Part shown: piece by piece, positions 61,774 to 64,000 of the stretch
How the letters are laid out: each line of letters begins with the position of its first letter
Numbering within the stretch: position 1 is the stretch's first letter
Source of the DNA: Sedimenticolaceae bacterium
GTDB lineage: Bacteria > Pseudomonadota > Gammaproteobacteria > Chromatiales > Chromatiaceae
Length of the DNA: 64,000 bases
Direction of reading: 5' to 3'
NCBI GenBank assembly: GCA_965224515.1
Contig: OZ245051.1
Coordinates: forward strand, 3,098,267-3,162,266
Position numbers and translations under genes: made by a program
The notes under the pieces: model-generated
Databases searched by the model: none
What the model saw: only the letters and a program-made list of their open reading frames with translations
What the model was told of the DNA's origin: nothing

Positions 61774-63576
61774 TCAATGCCCAGCATAGAGCTTGGTAAT
61801 GATGTCACTGTACCGGTTGATCACCTTGTTGCGCTTCAGCTTCATTGTCGGTGTCATCATCTCGTTCTCAATGCTCCAGGGCTCCTGCACCACCGCCACC
61901 TTGCGGATTTCGGCGTAGCCGGGGAATGCGTGCAGCAGTCTGCGCATGCGCTCCAGCACTGCGTGATGAAATTCCTTGTTTATGGCGCAGACAGCGGGGT
62001 CGTCAGACAGGCCATTCTCGTGACAGAAGTGTGAGAGTTCATCCGGGTTGGGTACCACCAGGGCGGATAGATAGGGTTTGCCTTCGCCAACCACCAGTAC
62101 CTGTTCAAACAGGCTGTCGAGGGCGATGGCCATCTCCATGTCTGCCGGGGATACCTTCTCACCATTGGCCATGACGATGATCTCCTTGAGCCTGCCTGTA
62201 ATGAAGATATGTCGATCCTCTATCCTGGCCTGGTCCCCGGTATGCAGCCATCCCTGCTCGTCGATGACACGCTGGGTCTCCTGGGGATTGTTCCAATAGC
62301 CGAGCATCAGCGCAGGTCCGCGCACCAACAGTTCGTCCTGTTCCCCTATGGCGGTCTCGACACCGGTCAACGGAGTGCCGACACTGAAGGGCAGATTGTC
62401 ATCCAGCTTGTTGACGCTGATGACCGGGCTGAACTCCGTCAGGCCGTAACCCTGTTGAATAGGTATGCCCAGGCCGATGAAGAGCCGGGCGATATCCGGG
62501 GTGAGTGCCGCACCGCCGCTGATGGCAAAACGCAGGCGCCCGCCAAGCTTGGCCTGTACCTTGGAGGCAACCAGTTTTTTCAGAAGCGGCCAGAACAGTA
62601 GTTTCGGTGACCAGGATATACGCCCCTGTTGATATTCAAAGTGGTCCCAGCCGACACTTGTTGCTGTGTTAAACAACAAGCGCACCGGTGCGGGATCGTT
62701 CTCCAGCTTTGCCTTGATCTTTGCATAGACGCGCTCGAAGATGCGCGGCACTGATATCAGAATGGTCGGTTTTATCTCCTGCAGGTCTTCACCCAACTGG
62801 GGTATGGAGCGGTTGAAGGCGACACATCCCCCAGCCAGGATCATCAGGTAGTACCCCGCGGTACGTTCCAGGGTGTGTGAGAGGGGCAGGAAGGAGAGGG
62901 CCAGGTCGTCGGGATAGACATCGATCATGCTGAGACCGGCCGCTGCATCCCAGAGAATGTTTGTGTGGCTAAGCATGACCCCCTTGGGTTGCCCGGTGGT
63001 GCCGGAGGTGTAGACGATCGTGGCCAGCTCTTCTGGATCGCCCTCCAGCGCCTGAAGTTCGCAATGTTCATCGGTCAGCCAGTATTCCAGGGCGAGCAGG
63101 GGAAGCTCTGTTGACTCTTCGATGTGCTCGAAGGAGACGATGCGCTTGAGATTGTTGAGTTGGGGTTTGATGACATCACAGAGCAGATGCCACTGCTCAG
63201 AGCCCTCGATCATCAGCAGGATGACCCCGGCATCCTCCAGGATATAACCCACGTTCTCGGGGCGGTCATTGGTGTAGAGCGGAACAGTGACCAGTCCAAG
63301 GCCCAGTGCAGCCTGGTCGAACATGACCCACTCGCTGCTGTTGCCTGCCATGATGGAGACACGATCTCCGGGTTGCAGACCTTCATTGCGCATGGCCGCT
63401 TGAAACCGGGCGGTGTTGTCGGCGGTTTGCTGCCAGCTGTAGTGGTTCCAGGAGCTGTGCTTACTGTCGTACTGAATATAGGCCGTGGCATCAGGGGTTC
63501 GATGCACCCGTTCACGGAACGCGCCGGGGAGCGTCCTGACCAGATCCAGGGGAATGATGTCTGTTGTTTTGTTCAT
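61774..63576 (-). CDS. Long-chain acyl-CoA synthetase (AMP-binding family)
   Basis: ORF trimmed to the ATG at 63574-63576, preceded by GGGGGGTGA. AMP motif YTSGTTGQPKGV. Confidence 0.9.
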   Translation of the reverse strand: MNKTTDIIPLDLVRTLPGAFRERVHRTPDATAYIQYDSKHSSWNHYSWQQTADNTARFQAAMRNEGLQPGDRVSIMAGNSSEWVMFDQAALGLGLVTVPLYTNDRPENVGYILEDAGVILLMIEGSEQWHLLCDVIKPQLNNLKRIVSFEHIEESTELPLLALEYWLTDEHCELQALEGDPEELATIVYTSGTTGQPKGVMLSHTNILWDAAAGLSMIDVYPDDLALSFLPLSHTLERTAGYYLMILAGGCVAFNRSIPQLGEDLQEIKPTILISVPRIFERVYAKIKAKLENDPAPVRLLFNTATSVGWDHFEYQQGRISWSPKLLFWPLLKKLVASKVQAKLGGRLRFAISGGAALTPDIARLFIGLGIPIQQGYGLTEFSPVISVNKLDDNLPFSVGTPLTGVETAIGEQDELLVRGPALMLGYWNNPQETQRVIDEQGWLHTGDQARIEDRHIFITGRLKEIIVMANGEKVSPADMEMAIALDSLFEQVLVVGEGKPYLSALVVPNPDELSHFCHENGLSDDPAVCAINKEFHHAVLERMRRLLHAFPGYAEIRKVAVVQEPWSIENEMMTPTMKLKRNKVINRYSDIITKLYAGH

Positions 63577-63594
63577 CTTTATCACCCCCCTTTA

Positions 63595-63675
63595 TTACTT
63601 ACTGTAACTATAGAAGCCCTGGCCGCTTTTGCGCTCCAGTTCTCCATCGGCGACTTTTTTACCCGAGCTGATCAG
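63595..63675 (-). pseudogene. C-terminal remnant of a 3-hydroxyacyl-CoA dehydrogenase
   Basis: Minus-strand translation LISSGKKVADGELERKSGQGFYSYSK-stop matches the Hbd/FadB C-terminal signature G.LG.KSG.GFY.Y. No start codon is present and the upstream frame is junk. Confidence 0.5.
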
Positions 63676-63752
63676 GAATAAGATTGCAACAAGTATGATA
63701 AAACAATTAATTACGTAATATATACAATATCTTACGCATGTTATTTAATGTT

Positions 63753-64000
63753 TTATGGAGATGCGTTCAAGGATGCTTCGACGGCTTTTTCCAGTTCATT
63801 ATTGGTGTTGTAAAAGTGCGGAGAGAAGCGAATTCCACCACCCCTGGCGGCGCAGATAACACTCTTTGACATCAGGTTTTCGTAAATCTTCGTACTGTCG
63901 GCATTATTCACTTTGAAGGTGACTATGCCTGATCTGCGTACCATATCGGTATCAGATATCAAGGTCAGCTTCGGCTCGCTCAGAATCAACTCCATAAGAT
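63753..64000 (-). CDS. Class V aminotransferase-like protein, C-terminal part (gene continues beyond the window)
   Basis: The C-terminal 80 aa (…GIVTFKV…ICAARGGGIRFSPHFYNT…) are typical of the small domain of cysteine desulfurase/kynureninase-type enzymes. The frame is open at the window edge. Confidence 0.5.
   Translation of the reverse strand, partial: LMELILSEPKLTLISDTDMVRRSGIVTFKVNNADSTKIYENLMSKSVICAARGGGIRFSPHFYNTNNELEKAVEASLNASP

Overview
64-kb chromosomal window from a moderately GC-rich gammaproteobacterium. This placement is inferred from gene order. It matches E. coli purB-hflD-mnmA-nudJ-rluE and yceF | yceD-rpmF-plsX-fabH-fabG-acpP-fabF-pabC-mltG-tmk-holB. It also matches Pseudomonas yciK-gph-ubiG-mtaD-mtnA-gyrA-serC-pheA-hisC-tyrA. 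About 65 CDS can be supported and most are housekeeping genes. I saw no rRNA, tRNA, CRISPR array, integrase or prophage. All calls come from reading the translations and the DNA by eye; no BLAST, HMM or folding was run.

Non-core content:
- The first 10 kb is saturated with tandem arrays of a palindromic REP doublet (REPIN) surrounding a RAYT-type Y1 transposase gene. These arrays punctuate an 8-kb block that interrupts the normally adjacent hflD-purB pair.
- An AT-rich island (6.46-7.65 kb) encodes three paralogous XRE-type HTH modules split over two reading frames.
- An extra secreted protein gene is wedged into nudJ-mnmA.
- A c-di-GMP neighbourhood holds an HD-GYP gene, two GGDEF genes and a lipoprotein/membrane pair.
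- A MocR regulator and a DUF1127 gene are divergent, with phased 8-mers between them.
- A membrane class III cyclase is translationally coupled to a TPR lipoprotein and sits next to an orphan Cache-like protein.
- oadGAB is inserted between yceF and yceD.
- The fab cluster lacks fabD.
- An orphan, full-length homologue of streptococcal class I hyaluronan synthase HasA is present. I consider this the most interesting single gene.
- A decayed 3-hydroxyacyl-CoA dehydrogenase remnant lies upstream of the acyl-CoA ligase gene.

No canonical defence system is recognisable. The best candidates for something undescribed are the triple-HTH island, the HasA-like synthase and the REP-array architecture.
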